Assembly: GCA_910578275.1 (NCBI GenBank) | Contig: CAJTPR010000005.1 | Location: 109,030 to 173,029 of the forward strand | DNA: 64,000 nucleotides | Direction of reading: 5' to 3' | Origin: an uncultured Bacteroidales bacterium | GTDB taxonomy: Bacteria; Bacteroidota; Bacteroidia; Bacteroidales; P3 | Part shown: positions 29,755-39,929 of the stretch, piece after piece | Position numbering within the stretch: the stretch's first letter is position 1 | Layout of the letters: every line of letters begins with the position of its first letter | Notes under the pieces: model-generated | Told to the model about the DNA's origin: nothing | The model's database searches: none | Seen by the model: the letters and a program-made list of their open reading frames with translations, nothing else | Position numbers and translations under genes: made by a program

Positions 29755-29762
29755 TATCTTTG
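29755..29762 (+). promoter_or_regulatory. -7 promoter box (TATCTTTG)
   Basis: Perfect TAnnTTTG inside TTATCTTTGCC, 24 nt before the ATG at 29786. Confidence 0.45.
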
Positions 29763-29785
29763 CCGCTGCTTAAAATACCACATTC

Positions 29786-31300
29786 ATGCTGAAGCAAACA
29801 TTCAAGGCAATCCTTGCCGTTGGTTGCATGGCCTTTCTGGCTTCTTGCAATTCGTCCACGAACCAATCCCAATCCACAGGTTGGGGAGTAAACGACCCGA
29901 GTTGGGGCGGGTTCCAGCGCAACGACAACTATACGCAGCCCGTACCCTTGCGCTTTGTTTTCATCCAAGGCGGATTCTTCACCATGGGGCGCAACCAGGA
30001 AGACCTCAAGTACGAACATCACAATGCCCCGCATCCGGCCACGGTAAGTTCTTTCTACATGGACGAGGTGGAAACCTCCAACATCGACTACAACGAGTAC
30101 ATCTATTGGCTGCAACGCATCTACGGCCAGGATTATCCCGAAGTCGTGGAACGTGCCCGTCCCGATGCCTTGGTATGGAACAACATTTCGGGCTATCGCG
30201 ACCCCATGCAGGATTATTTTGAAAATCCGGCCTACAACAACTATCCCGTCGTAGGGGTTACCTGGGAACAGGCCCGCGACTATTGCGACTGGCGTACCGA
30301 CCGTGTCAACGAGTATCTTCTCTATCAGGGCAAGATCCTCAAGAAAGACATGGGGCAGACGGCCGACAACAACTTCAACACTGACGCCTATCTGGCCGGA
30401 CAATACAGCGGTATCGTCAACAAGGGCCTTACCGACATGAACCCCAATGCCAGCGAAAAGACGCGCGGCGTACAGAAGAAAGACGGTATCCTGATCGAGA
30501 AGTTGCGTCTTCCCACCGAAGTGGAATGGGAGTATGCGGCTTTGGCCTTGATGGGAAACAGCAACCAGGAACGTGTGGCCGAAAGGCGCATCTATCCTTG
30601 GAACGGCAAGCCGCTTCAGGTCCGTTCCCCGGAAAGCCCGTATCGTGGCAACATGATGGCCAACTTCGCCCGCGGCAAGGGTGACTACATGGGAACCGCC
30701 GGCGCCTTGAACGACGGTGCCGACTACACTGCTCCCGTCTATTCCTATTTTCCCAACGACTTCGGTTTGTACAACATGTCGGGCAATGTGGCCGAATGGT
30801 GCCTGGACGTATATCGTCCCCTTACGTTCGAAGATGCCAACGACTTGAATCCTTTCCGTGGCAACGTATATACGACCGTGGTTCGCGATGAGGACGGCTT
30901 GATTGCCGAGAAGGACAGTCTGGGTCGTATCGCCTACCGTCCCTTCGCCGACGAGGAACTGGCCGATCGGGCCAACTTCCAGCGTGCCGACAACCGCAAC
31001 TATCTCGATGGCGATTACGAGTCGGCCATCGTGGACGATTGGTTGGCCAAGCCTGAAAGCGACGAAGGCCCGGAAAAGAAATCCACCACTTCGCTCTTGT
31101 ATGAATACGGTACCAGTTCGCTTATTTCCGACAAGTCGCGCGTGATCAAGGGCGGCTCGTGGAAAGACCGTGCCTATTATCTCTCTCCGGCAACGCGTCG
31201 CTACATGGACCAGGACAAGAGCGCCGCCTGGGTCGGTTTCCGTTGCGCGATGTCGAGGGTAGGTTCGGCCAACGGCGGTACCGTCAGTGCCAAACGATAA
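29786..31300 (+). CDS. gldJ: GldJ-like lipoprotein (GldJ/GldK/PorK family, FGE-sulfatase fold)
   Basis: Lipobox FLASC|NSS. STGWGVNDPSWGGFQRN...FVFIQGGFFTMGRNQED...SFYMDEVETSN matches my recollection of the GldJ N-terminal region. C-terminal KGGSWKDRAYYLSPATRRY. Confidence 0.7.
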   Translation: MLKQTFKAILAVGCMAFLASCNSSTNQSQSTGWGVNDPSWGGFQRNDNYTQPVPLRFVFIQGGFFTMGRNQEDLKYEHHNAPHPATVSSFYMDEVETSNIDYNEYIYWLQRIYGQDYPEVVERARPDALVWNNISGYRDPMQDYFENPAYNNYPVVGVTWEQARDYCDWRTDRVNEYLLYQGKILKKDMGQTADNNFNTDAYLAGQYSGIVNKGLTDMNPNASEKTRGVQKKDGILIEKLRLPTEVEWEYAALALMGNSNQERVAERRIYPWNGKPLQVRSPESPYRGNMMANFARGKGDYMGTAGALNDGADYTAPVYSYFPNDFGLYNMSGNVAEWCLDVYRPLTFEDANDLNPFRGNVYTTVVRDEDGLIAEKDSLGRIAYRPFADEELADRANFQRADNRNYLDGDYESAIVDDWLAKPESDEGPEKKSTTSLLYEYGTSSLISDKSRVIKGGSWKDRAYYLSPATRRYMDQDKSAAWVGFRCAMSRVGSANGGTVSAKR

Positions 31301-31327
31301 CATCTGAAATCGTTTCATGAAGCCGGA

Positions 31328-31361
31328 GGGCTGTACAGCAACATGTGCAGCCCTTTTGTTT
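31328..31361 (+). terminator. Rho-independent terminator after the gldJ-like gene
   Basis: 10-bp stem GGGCTGTACA/TGTGCAGCCC (one G-T pair), 6-nt loop, then TTTTGTTTT. Confidence 0.7.
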
Positions 31362-31374
31362 TAATCTTCGGTGT

Positions 31375-33282
31375 GTGGAAAAAAAGACCCGGAAACTGGA
31401 ATTGCTTGCCCCTGCGGCCGATGCCCGGGTGGCGATGGCGGCCATCGACGCCGGCGCGGACGCGGTGTACATGGGCGGACCGGCATTCGGAGCCAGGGCC
31501 CGGGCCGGCAACAGCCTCCAGGACCTTGAACGGGTGGTACGTTACGCGCATCGTTACGCGGCGCGTTGTTTTTTGACGCTCAATACGCTTATTTACGAGC
31601 AACAGATGCCGCAAGCCTTGCGGTTGGCCCGTCAGGCTTATGAAATGGGCATGGATGCCCTGCTTGTCCAGGACATGGGGCTCATCGAAGCGGGCCTGCC
31701 GCCCATCGAGCTTCATGCCAGTACCCAATGCCATATCACCACGCCCGAAAAGGCCCGTTTCCTGGAAAGCGTCGGGTTCAAGCGGCTCGTGTTGGGGCGG
31801 GAACTGTCGATAGCGGAGATCAGGCGGATAGCCGGTTCGGTGCAGGCGGAGATAGAAACCTTCGTGCACGGGGCCCTTTGCGTCTCGTACAGCGGGCAGT
31901 GTTACATGAGTTGCCATATGGGAGGCAGGAGCGGCAACAGGGGCGAGTGCGCGCAGTCGTGCCGGCTTGCCTATGATTTGCAGGACGCTGCAGGGAAAGT
32001 ACTGCAAAAAGAACGTTACCTGCTGTCGATGAAAGACTTCAATGCCGATGCCTTTCTTGAAGAGCTGGTGGGAGCCGGCGTGGACTGCCTCAAGATAGAA
32101 GGCCGCCTGAAAGATGCCACTTACGTAAGGAACATCACGGCCTGGTATCGCCGGCGGATCGACAAGATCATGGAGGGGAATCCGGACCTTGTCCGGCCTT
32201 CGCAAGGCAAGACGGTGCTGCCGTTGCGTCCTGACTTGCAAAAGAGTTATCATAGGGAATACACCACGTTCAATTTGTCGGGAAAACGCGGGCATTGGGC
32301 TGTTTTTGAAACGCCGAAAGCCACAGGCGAAAGGGTGGGCACGGTCAAGGCGGTCGAAAAATATGTTCCGGGGCGATATTCGGGCATGATACTGCGTGTT
32401 TCGCCCGATTCGGAAGGCATGACCTTTGCCAATGGTGACGGATTGTGCTATTACGGGGAAAACGGGAAACTGTGCGGGAGAAGCCTCGAAAACTTCGTCA
32501 AGGCGGGAAAGGATTTCCTTTTCACGATGCGGGGCGTGGATGAACGTCCGGCATTGCCCGTTCCGGGAACCGTCTTGTACCGGAACAGGGACACGGTCTT
32601 TGAAAACGCCTGGAAGCAGGCCCGGATCGGCCGCAAGGTTCCGGTAAGCATAAAGATAGACACGGACACGCTTTCGGTGGTCATGGACGATGGTTCCGGC
32701 CATGAGGTGCGTTCGGTCATCGATCGGGAAAAGGTGCAGGCGGCCAAAGTCGCCCCCAAGGCCGAACAGGCGATGACCGGCGCGTTCCTTAAGCTCGGGG
32801 ATACGGCCTATGAGGCGGAAAAGGTGGAGATTTCGGGAAAGGCCAGGTTGTTCGTTCCCGTATCGGTACTCAACGAATGCCGGCGCAATTTGGTCGCGGC
32901 CTTGGACAAGGCAAGGGAGGAAGCCTACGCCCCTGTCGGCTCGGAGCCTTGTCCGGCGCAAGAAACGACTTATCCCGACATGAGCGAGGGGGTCTTGTCT
33001 TATCTGGCGAACGTGGCCAATCCGTGGGCGGAGAAATTCTATCGGAAGCATGGGGCGAAAGCCGTGCAGGCGGCCTTTGAGCTCTTGCCGGAAAAAGAGC
33101 GGCAGAAACCGGGTATGACGCTTATGGTATGCAAGCATTGCATACGTCGCCAATTGGGACAATGCCTCAAGGAAAATCCGGAACCCGCCTATGCGGGGGA
33201 TTTGTATTTATGTCACGGGCGGCATAAATTCGCATTGCGTTTCGATTGCCTCCGTTGCAGGATGGAGGTCCGCACTTGTTAG
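31375..33282 (+). CDS. Peptidase U32 family protein
   Basis: (M)EKKTRKLELLAPAADARVAMAAIDAGADAVYMGG... and the Cys-rich GECAQSCR motif. I chose the GTG at 31375 because the track start (31345) lies inside the terminator stem. Confidence 0.8.
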   Translation: MEKKTRKLELLAPAADARVAMAAIDAGADAVYMGGPAFGARARAGNSLQDLERVVRYAHRYAARCFLTLNTLIYEQQMPQALRLARQAYEMGMDALLVQDMGLIEAGLPPIELHASTQCHITTPEKARFLESVGFKRLVLGRELSIAEIRRIAGSVQAEIETFVHGALCVSYSGQCYMSCHMGGRSGNRGECAQSCRLAYDLQDAAGKVLQKERYLLSMKDFNADAFLEELVGAGVDCLKIEGRLKDATYVRNITAWYRRRIDKIMEGNPDLVRPSQGKTVLPLRPDLQKSYHREYTTFNLSGKRGHWAVFETPKATGERVGTVKAVEKYVPGRYSGMILRVSPDSEGMTFANGDGLCYYGENGKLCGRSLENFVKAGKDFLFTMRGVDERPALPVPGTVLYRNRDTVFENAWKQARIGRKVPVSIKIDTDTLSVVMDDGSGHEVRSVIDREKVQAAKVAPKAEQAMTGAFLKLGDTAYEAEKVEISGKARLFVPVSVLNECRRNLVAALDKAREEAYAPVGSEPCPAQETTYPDMSEGVLSYLANVANPWAEKFYRKHGAKAVQAAFELLPEKERQKPGMTLMVCKHCIRRQLGQCLKENPEPAYAGDLYLCHGRHKFALRFDCLRCRMEVRTC

Positions 33283-33293
33283 CAGGTAAGACG

Positions 33294-35171
33294 ATGTTGA
33301 AGGAACGGATCGGGAGTTTGCTTTTGCGTTCGGCGTGGTGGGGCATCGCGCTTTGCGGAATGCTTGTGTATTCGTGCGCCCGCTTGGGGTCGGCTCCCGC
33401 CGGCGGCCCCGTGGACTTGGCGCCCCCCATGCTGTTGAAGGCCATTCCGCAGGAGGGAAGCACCCGTTTCCAGGCCAAGGAGATCACGCTCGATTTCGAT
33501 GAATACATCGTGCTGCAGAATACCGACAAGATTGTCACTTCCCCGAGGATTTCAAAGATTTCGTATCGCGGCAACCTCAAGCGCGTGCAGATCTTGATAG
33601 ACGACACGTTGCAGGAAGACCGGACATATTCCATCGACTTCAAGGATGCCATCGGCGACTTGCATGAAGCCAGGCCGATAAAGGACTATGTCTATTATTT
33701 TTCCACGGGAAGCAAACTCGACAGCGGTCGTATCACGGGACAGGTGCTGGACGCTTTCAGCCTCTCGCCTGTCAAGGAGGCTTCGGTCATGCTCTATTCC
33801 CGGTTGCCGTCGGGCTATCCCGTGGATACGGCGCCCGACTACGTGGCGGTTACCGATTCGGCGGGAATCTTCAGCTTCCGGTTTATCAAGGAAGGCTGCT
33901 ATCACGTACTTGCCGGCAGCGACGAAAACCGGAATTATCTTGTCGAACCTACGGAAGAAAAAACGGCTTTCTCGTCTTCCTGCTGGTCCACGACCTCGGT
34001 CAAGCCGCCCGTGTATCATCAAAAGCGGCGCGGGATGAAAGAGAGCGACACGGCCGCCTACCAGGCCTATCTTGCGGCCATACGGGCGAGAAAGGAAGAA
34101 GACCTGGACGAGATCAGGGCTTCGGAAAGGATACTTTATCTCTATCAGGACAAGTATGAGAAGAACTTGTTGAAGGAAGCCAAGTGGGTCAAGAAGGGAG
34201 AGATAGCGTTGACATGGCATTACAAGCCGGACACCTTGGCATTCGCTTTCCTGCCCTCCTATCAGGATTACGAACTGGCAAAGCAGCTGCAAAGCGCCGA
34301 TACTGCATCAGGGCAGACGGGGCGCGCTCATCGGAGAAGGGCGGAAAAGCAGGAAATGCCGAATCTCTTTTGGCAGGATTCCCTGGTCTTCTACTATGTG
34401 CCGCAAGACGATCCGTTGGCGGGCAAGATTTATTTCGACAACTATCGGGTATCGGACTTGCGCCTTGTCGTAAGTCATTCGGAGTTTTCGGATACGGTGG
34501 AACTGATGCTGGGCACGGGCTTGGCCGCGAAGGAAGATACGGCGGCCTTCCGCTTGTCGGCCAGGCAGAGTTCGATCTTTTTCAAGGACAGCCTCGTGCT
34601 GGACTTTACTTTTCCGCTTTCCGCCTATGATTTTCAACATGCGGCATTGACGCGTTACCATACCGACGAGGAAGGCAGGACGGACACGGTGCGGGAGGAT
34701 GTTTCGGGGATTTCCGTGATCCGGCCACGTCCCGACCGCCTGGTTCTCAAGTCCGATTGGAAGGCGGGCGACCGCTATGGCTTGTTCCTGCCTTCGGCCT
34801 GTTTCATCGATTATCTGGGGCGGCATGCCGATACTTCCGAAGTACGCTTCCAATGCCCCGGCCTGGATACCTACGGGCAGGTGGTGGTCACTCTTCGCGG
34901 CTTGCGCCCGGGAAATCATGAGTTGCAGATGGTGGACAACGGAAAGAATGTCATCCAATCCCTTCCGGTTCCGGAAAACGGGAAAGTCGAGTTCGAGTAC
35001 GTGAAGCCCGGCTATGTGAGTTTCGTGCTGGTGGAAGATCTGAACGGCAACCGCCGGTGGGATGCCGGCGACTATGTGCAAGGCAGGCAGCCGGAAAGGC
35101 GTTGGTTCTTTCCCAAGACCATACGGGCCGAAGCCGATTGGCGCGTGGAGGAGACTTGGTCGATAGAGTGA
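33294..35171 (+). CDS. Ig-like-domain lipoprotein (function unknown)
   Basis: MLKERIGSLLLRSAWWGIALCGMLVYSC (lipobox), then the SbsA_Ig/Big_5-like GGPVDLAPPMLLKAIPQEGSTRFQAKEITLDFDEYI. Confidence 0.5.
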   Translation: MLKERIGSLLLRSAWWGIALCGMLVYSCARLGSAPAGGPVDLAPPMLLKAIPQEGSTRFQAKEITLDFDEYIVLQNTDKIVTSPRISKISYRGNLKRVQILIDDTLQEDRTYSIDFKDAIGDLHEARPIKDYVYYFSTGSKLDSGRITGQVLDAFSLSPVKEASVMLYSRLPSGYPVDTAPDYVAVTDSAGIFSFRFIKEGCYHVLAGSDENRNYLVEPTEEKTAFSSSCWSTTSVKPPVYHQKRRGMKESDTAAYQAYLAAIRARKEEDLDEIRASERILYLYQDKYEKNLLKEAKWVKKGEIALTWHYKPDTLAFAFLPSYQDYELAKQLQSADTASGQTGRAHRRRAEKQEMPNLFWQDSLVFYYVPQDDPLAGKIYFDNYRVSDLRLVVSHSEFSDTVELMLGTGLAAKEDTAAFRLSARQSSIFFKDSLVLDFTFPLSAYDFQHAALTRYHTDEEGRTDTVREDVSGISVIRPRPDRLVLKSDWKAGDRYGLFLPSACFIDYLGRHADTSEVRFQCPGLDTYGQVVVTLRGLRPGNHELQMVDNGKNVIQSLPVPENGKVEFEYVKPGYVSFVLVEDLNGNRRWDAGDYVQGRQPERRWFFPKTIRAEADWRVEETWSIE

Positions 35172-35175
35172 CCTG

Positions 35176-36198
35176 TCACTCCACCATCAGGTTGCAGCCC
35201 CGGATGTCGCTGTTGTCGAAACGTCCCGATATTTCGAAACTTCCGTCGGCATGTCGTTTGCCCAGGTCTTGGGTGGCGATGAAGGGGCAGGAATGGAGGT
35301 TGCCCAGGTCGATGACGTCGATGCCGCCCGTCACCCCCTCTTTTTCGGCTTGCAAGGGGTCTTGGCTCTTGCGGACGAGGACTTTCATCCAAGGCGGACA
35401 AAGGAACCGCCCATTCTCTCCCTTGGAGTAGGCCTGGGAAAACAGTTCGCACATGCCGTATTCTGAATGGATGGCAGGCACATGGAATGCCGACCGCAAG
35501 ATCCGGTGCAGTTCCTCCCTGATCATTTCCTTGCGTCTTCCTTTCATGCCTCCCGTTTCCAGCACGACCGTGTGTTCGAGCGGCATAGGGAATTTTTCGG
35601 CAAGATCCAGCAGGGCGAAGCTCACGCCGAAAAGCATGGTCTTCGTTCGCTTTTTTTCCAATGTCCGTAGGGTTTCGGCCAGTTTTGCGATGTCGTACAG
35701 GTAAAATCCGCTTTCGGGATGCCGGTTCCGGCTCAGCGAGATGAGTTTCCGCATCATGCAGACGAGCGAGGAATGCGGTTGTTCCAGATAATTCGGCAGC
35801 AAGGCCAGGAAGACATATTCTTCGGGTTCGCCCCAGAACATGCGGAACGCGGTCAGGAAACAGCGTTCGTAGAGATCCATGTCGACGATGTAATGGCGGC
35901 TTTGCACGGCTCCCTGCGAGGTAGTGCCGGAACTCATGAAATAATCTTGTTCCTTGCAGCCTTCCAGCAATACCTTCTGGGTCTTGAAAAAGTCGATGGG
36001 CAAAAACGGGATTTGGCTGAAGTGCCGTATGTCCTCAGGTTTCATGCCGGGTTTGAGGTAATGCACGAACCGGCCGTAAACGGGATTGTGCGCCAAATGC
36101 AACTTGAAAACCTCCAAGGCCAGCTCGTTGAACTCGGTTTCGTGCCGAATCGCGAAGATGCGCGGGATAAGATTCTGTACCGTTTTCTGTATCAACAT
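35176..36198 (-). CDS. LuxE-like acyl-protein synthetase/acyltransferase family protein
   Basis: 340 aa. IPFLPIDFFKTQKVL, FMSSGTTSQGAVQSRHY (adenylate-forming signature) and ETGGMKGRRKE. Confidence 0.6.
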   Translation of the reverse strand: MLIQKTVQNLIPRIFAIRHETEFNELALEVFKLHLAHNPVYGRFVHYLKPGMKPEDIRHFSQIPFLPIDFFKTQKVLLEGCKEQDYFMSSGTTSQGAVQSRHYIVDMDLYERCFLTAFRMFWGEPEEYVFLALLPNYLEQPHSSLVCMMRKLISLSRNRHPESGFYLYDIAKLAETLRTLEKKRTKTMLFGVSFALLDLAEKFPMPLEHTVVLETGGMKGRRKEMIREELHRILRSAFHVPAIHSEYGMCELFSQAYSKGENGRFLCPPWMKVLVRKSQDPLQAEKEGVTGGIDVIDLGNLHSCPFIATQDLGKRHADGSFEISGRFDNSDIRGCNLMVE

Positions 36199-36283
36199 TT
36201 TTTATAACTTTACAAGTTTGGCGCGGAGAATGCTTCGTGTCTTTTAAATGTTTGTTTTGCAAATAAATAATAAGCATTAAAAA

Positions 36284-36826
36284 TTGCGCACGGTATCAAA
36301 AGTACTAAAATTGGCGGTATGGGTCGTGCCGTTTTGCCTGTGCGGATGTGTCAAGCCCAAGGAATTTCCTCCCGAACCTTATTTGGAATTCCGGCGTAAC
36401 ATCCTGGGGGCGCAAGTCGGTGCGGGCGGCGATACGACCTTGACCTTGGCCGTGGAATTTTATTTCCAGGACGGCGACGGCGACATCGGCCGCAAGGACG
36501 AGGAGGAAAAAGAGCCATACGTGGGCGAATATTTCCACAACCTGCACTTCCGGCTTATGGAAGTGCTTGCCGACAGCACTTGTCGTCAGGTTTACCAGAC
36601 CGACAGCACGGGAGCCCGCTATCCGATCACTTACGACTATCACCTGCATTACATCGAGCCGGTCAACGGCAACAAGTCCTTGCGCGGCACCATCACCTGG
36701 CAGGTGGACGACTTCGCGAGCACGGCCTTTTTCATGAAAGGCAAGACCGTCTTGTACGATTTCTATCTTTACGACAGGGCATTGAACAAAAGCAATGTCG
36801 TGCGGACCCAAGCCATAAGACTGTAG
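36284..36826 (+). CDS. Hypothetical lipoprotein upstream of mrdA
   Basis: TTG start. LAVWVVPFCLCGC lipobox. Abuts mrdA with a 1-nt gap. No recognisable family. Confidence 0.45.
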   Translation: MRTVSKVLKLAVWVVPFCLCGCVKPKEFPPEPYLEFRRNILGAQVGAGGDTTLTLAVEFYFQDGDGDIGRKDEEEKEPYVGEYFHNLHFRLMEVLADSTCRQVYQTDSTGARYPITYDYHLHYIEPVNGNKSLRGTITWQVDDFASTAFFMKGKTVLYDFYLYDRALNKSNVVRTQAIRL

Positions 36827-36827
36827 G

Positions 36828-38642
36828 ATGAAAAGGACGAATATCAACAGGGGGGTGGTCGTCGCCGCCATTTTTGTCGTGGTGGCCGTCATCTATTGGC
36901 TTCGCCTTTTCCAGTTGCAGATATTGGACGATCGTTACAAGATAGATGCCGAGAGCAACGCCATCCGCAACAAGGTGCAGTACCCGGGTCGGGGGCTTAT
37001 CTTCGACAGGAACGGCAAGATATTGGTGTACAACGAGGCGGTTTACGACCTGATGATCGTGCCCGGTCAGGCCAAGGACATAGACTGGGCCTTGTTGGCC
37101 GATTTGCTGGAGATTACCGAGAACGGAGCCAGGGAAAGGTACAAGAAGGCGAGAGCCTATTCCCGTTATGCCCATTCGGTATTCGAAAAGCAGATTTCCA
37201 AGGAGACCTACGGCAAATTGCAGGAATACCTGTATCGTTTTCCCGGTTTTTATGTGCAAAGCCGTACGCTCCGGCGCTATCCCCGTTCCATAGCCGCCCA
37301 TGTCTTGGGCGACGTGGGGGAAGTGAGCGAAAGCGAAATGGCCAGGAATCCCTATTACAAGATGGGAGATTATATCGGCAAGAACGGCCTTGAGAAATAC
37401 TACGAAAAGCAGTTGCGAGGCCATAAGGGCGTGAAGGTGGTGATGGTGGACGTGCTCAACCGCGAAAAGGGCAGTTACAAGGATGGCGCGTTCGACACCG
37501 CCGCGGTGGCAGGGCATGAATTGTATTCCACCTTGGATGCCGACTTGCAGGCGTACGCCGAGGAACTGATGGTCGGCAAACGAGGCAGCATCGTGGCCAT
37601 AGAGCCGTCCACGGGCGAAGTGCTGGCCTTGGTTTCGGCACCTACCTACGATCCCAACCTTCTGGTGGGACGTATCCGCAGCAACAATTACGCCGCCTTG
37701 CTCAACGATCCCCAAAAGCCCCTTTTCAACCGTGCGTTGATGGCTTTTTATCCGCCGGGATCCATCTTCAAGCTGCCGCAGGCTTTGATCGGGATGCAGG
37801 AAAAGGTCATTACCGCCCATTCGGGTTTCTCGTGCGACAAGAGCCTGGTAGGCTGTCATGGTCATCCTGACGCGCTTGGCGTGGCCGACGGGGTGAAAAT
37901 GTCGTGCAATCCCTACTTCTATCAGGTTTTCCGGCGCGTCATCATGCGGGGAAAGGATCCCAACCGTTTCGTGGACAGTCGTCTGGGCCTTGAACGATGG
38001 GATACGCTCGTGCGTTCTTTCGGCCTGGGGCAACGTCTTGGCATCGACCAATTGGACGTCAAGGCGGGCCTTATACCCAACTCCGCCTATTACGACCGTT
38101 TCTACGGCCGTAACCAATGGGCGTTCAGCACGATCTATTCGTTGAGCATCGGTCAGGGCGAGATAGGGTTGATTCCGTTGCAGATGGCCAACCTGGCGGC
38201 TATCATGGCGAACCGGGGCTATTATGTCACCCCGCATCTGGTGCGGGCGATAGGCGAGGAAAAGCACAAGCCGGGCGTGGATACGGTACGGCATTACGTG
38301 GCCGTCGACCGCAAGTATTTCGACCCTGTGGTGGAGGGCATGTACGGAGCCGTGCACCTGCCCGGAGGAACTGCCCGGCGCGCCAAGATCGACAGCATCG
38401 TCGTTTGCGGTAAGACCGGCACCTCGCAAAACCCGCATGGCAAGGATCATGCCGTCTTTATCGGGTTCGCCCCCAAGGACAAGCCCGGAATAGCCATATC
38501 CGTATTCCTCGAGAACAGCGGTTTCGGCGGTACATGGGCGGCTCCGACGGCAAGCCTGCTCATAGAAAGATACCTGACCGGAAAGGTTTCCCGCAAATGG
38601 CTGGAAGACCAGGTCAGGGAGTTTACCGTTTATACGAATTGA
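36828..38642 (+). CDS. mrdA: Penicillin-binding protein 2 (elongasome transpeptidase)
   Basis: 604 aa. N-terminal anchor, GSIFK (SxxK), SCN (SxN) and KTGT motifs. Followed by rodA. Confidence 0.9.
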   Translation: MKRTNINRGVVVAAIFVVVAVIYWLRLFQLQILDDRYKIDAESNAIRNKVQYPGRGLIFDRNGKILVYNEAVYDLMIVPGQAKDIDWALLADLLEITENGARERYKKARAYSRYAHSVFEKQISKETYGKLQEYLYRFPGFYVQSRTLRRYPRSIAAHVLGDVGEVSESEMARNPYYKMGDYIGKNGLEKYYEKQLRGHKGVKVVMVDVLNREKGSYKDGAFDTAAVAGHELYSTLDADLQAYAEELMVGKRGSIVAIEPSTGEVLALVSAPTYDPNLLVGRIRSNNYAALLNDPQKPLFNRALMAFYPPGSIFKLPQALIGMQEKVITAHSGFSCDKSLVGCHGHPDALGVADGVKMSCNPYFYQVFRRVIMRGKDPNRFVDSRLGLERWDTLVRSFGLGQRLGIDQLDVKAGLIPNSAYYDRFYGRNQWAFSTIYSLSIGQGEIGLIPLQMANLAAIMANRGYYVTPHLVRAIGEEKHKPGVDTVRHYVAVDRKYFDPVVEGMYGAVHLPGGTARRAKIDSIVVCGKTGTSQNPHGKDHAVFIGFAPKDKPGIAISVFLENSGFGGTWAAPTASLLIERYLTGKVSRKWLEDQVREFTVYTN

Positions 38643-38649
38643 TGTTGCC

Positions 38650-39897
38650 ATGAACACGGGAGGAAACACATTCAGGAACATGGACAAGCCCTTGGTGCTC
38701 ATCTATCTGTTGTTGGTCATCGCGGGTTGGTTCAATATCTATTCGGTGGTGTACGATCCCGAGAATACGGGATTCTCGTTTGCTACCCGTTATGGCAAAC
38801 AGTTGATGTTCATCGGTTTTGCTTTTTTGCTCGGAGCCGCCGTCCTCATTGCCGACATTCGGATATTCATGCAGTTCGCCTACCTCTATTACGGCATGGC
38901 GATCGTCTTGCTCCTTGCCGTCCTCGTGTTGGGTAGCGAGATTTCGGGCGCTAGGTCTTGGATAAAGATCGGTTCGCTGTCCATACAGCCGTCCGAGTTT
39001 GCCAAAGTGGCCACGTGCCTGGCCTTTTCCAGATATGTCTCCCAGCCGGCGATGAACATGAAAAGGGCGAAGAACCAGATAGTGGCCTCGCTGTGGTTCC
39101 TTTTCCCGATGGTCTTGATCTTGTTGCAGCCCGACGCGGGCTCTGCGTTGGTATTCGTTTCGTTCGTGCTGGTGCTTTACCGGGAGGGTATGTCGGGAAA
39201 GGTCTTGCTGGCGGGTCTGGTGGCGATCGTGTTGTTCGTGGCGGCCTTGCTGGTGAACCGGTATATATTGATAGGCATTATTTTCGTGGCGGTGGCGGCC
39301 TTGTTGTTCCGCAACAAGCGCACGTTCAAGAATGTCAGCCTGGCTATCCTGCTTTTCGGCATCTGCTCGTGCTATACGTTGGGCGTGGAATATGCGTTCA
39401 ACAAGCTCAGCCCGCACCAGCAAACGCGCATCAACGTGCTTTTAGGCAAGGAGATGGACGTGAAAGGGGCGGGATACAACGTCAACCAGTCCAAGATAGC
39501 CATCGGCAGCGGCGGCCTTACGGGCAGGGGGTACCTGCAAGGCACGCAGACCAAGTTCAACTTCGTCCCTGAACAAAGTACGGACTTCATTTTCTGTACG
39601 CTGGGGGAAGAGTGGGGGTGGCTCGGCTGCACCGTGTTCCTTGTCTTGTACATGGCCTTGCTGCTGCGGCTGCTGAAGATCGCCGAACGTCAGAGGAACG
39701 TCTATGCGCGTGTATACGGGTATGGCGTCGCCTGTATCTTCTTTGTCCATTTGTTCGTGAACGTGGGAATGACCATCGGCCTTTTGCCCGTCATCGGGAT
39801 TCCTTTGCCTTTTTTCAGCTACGGCGGCTCCTCGCTTTGGGCGTTCACGCTCCTGCTGTTCATCTTCATCAAGATGGATACCCGCCGTTATTCGTAG
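38650..39897 (+). CDS. rodA: Rod shape-determining protein RodA (SEDS family)
   Basis: 415 aa polytopic FtsW/RodA/SpoVE protein (SIQPSEFAKV, PEQSTDFIF, IPLPFFSYGGSS). Confidence 0.9.
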   Translation: MNTGGNTFRNMDKPLVLIYLLLVIAGWFNIYSVVYDPENTGFSFATRYGKQLMFIGFAFLLGAAVLIADIRIFMQFAYLYYGMAIVLLLAVLVLGSEISGARSWIKIGSLSIQPSEFAKVATCLAFSRYVSQPAMNMKRAKNQIVASLWFLFPMVLILLQPDAGSALVFVSFVLVLYREGMSGKVLLAGLVAIVLFVAALLVNRYILIGIIFVAVAALLFRNKRTFKNVSLAILLFGICSCYTLGVEYAFNKLSPHQQTRINVLLGKEMDVKGAGYNVNQSKIAIGSGGLTGRGYLQGTQTKFNFVPEQSTDFIFCTLGEEWGWLGCTVFLVLYMALLLRLLKIAERQRNVYARVYGYGVACIFFVHLFVNVGMTIGLLPVIGIPLPFFSYGGSSLWAFTLLLFIFIKMDTRRYS

Positions 39898-39929
39898 GTG
39901 ATTCGCCCGTGCAGGTCGTAAGATTTTCC

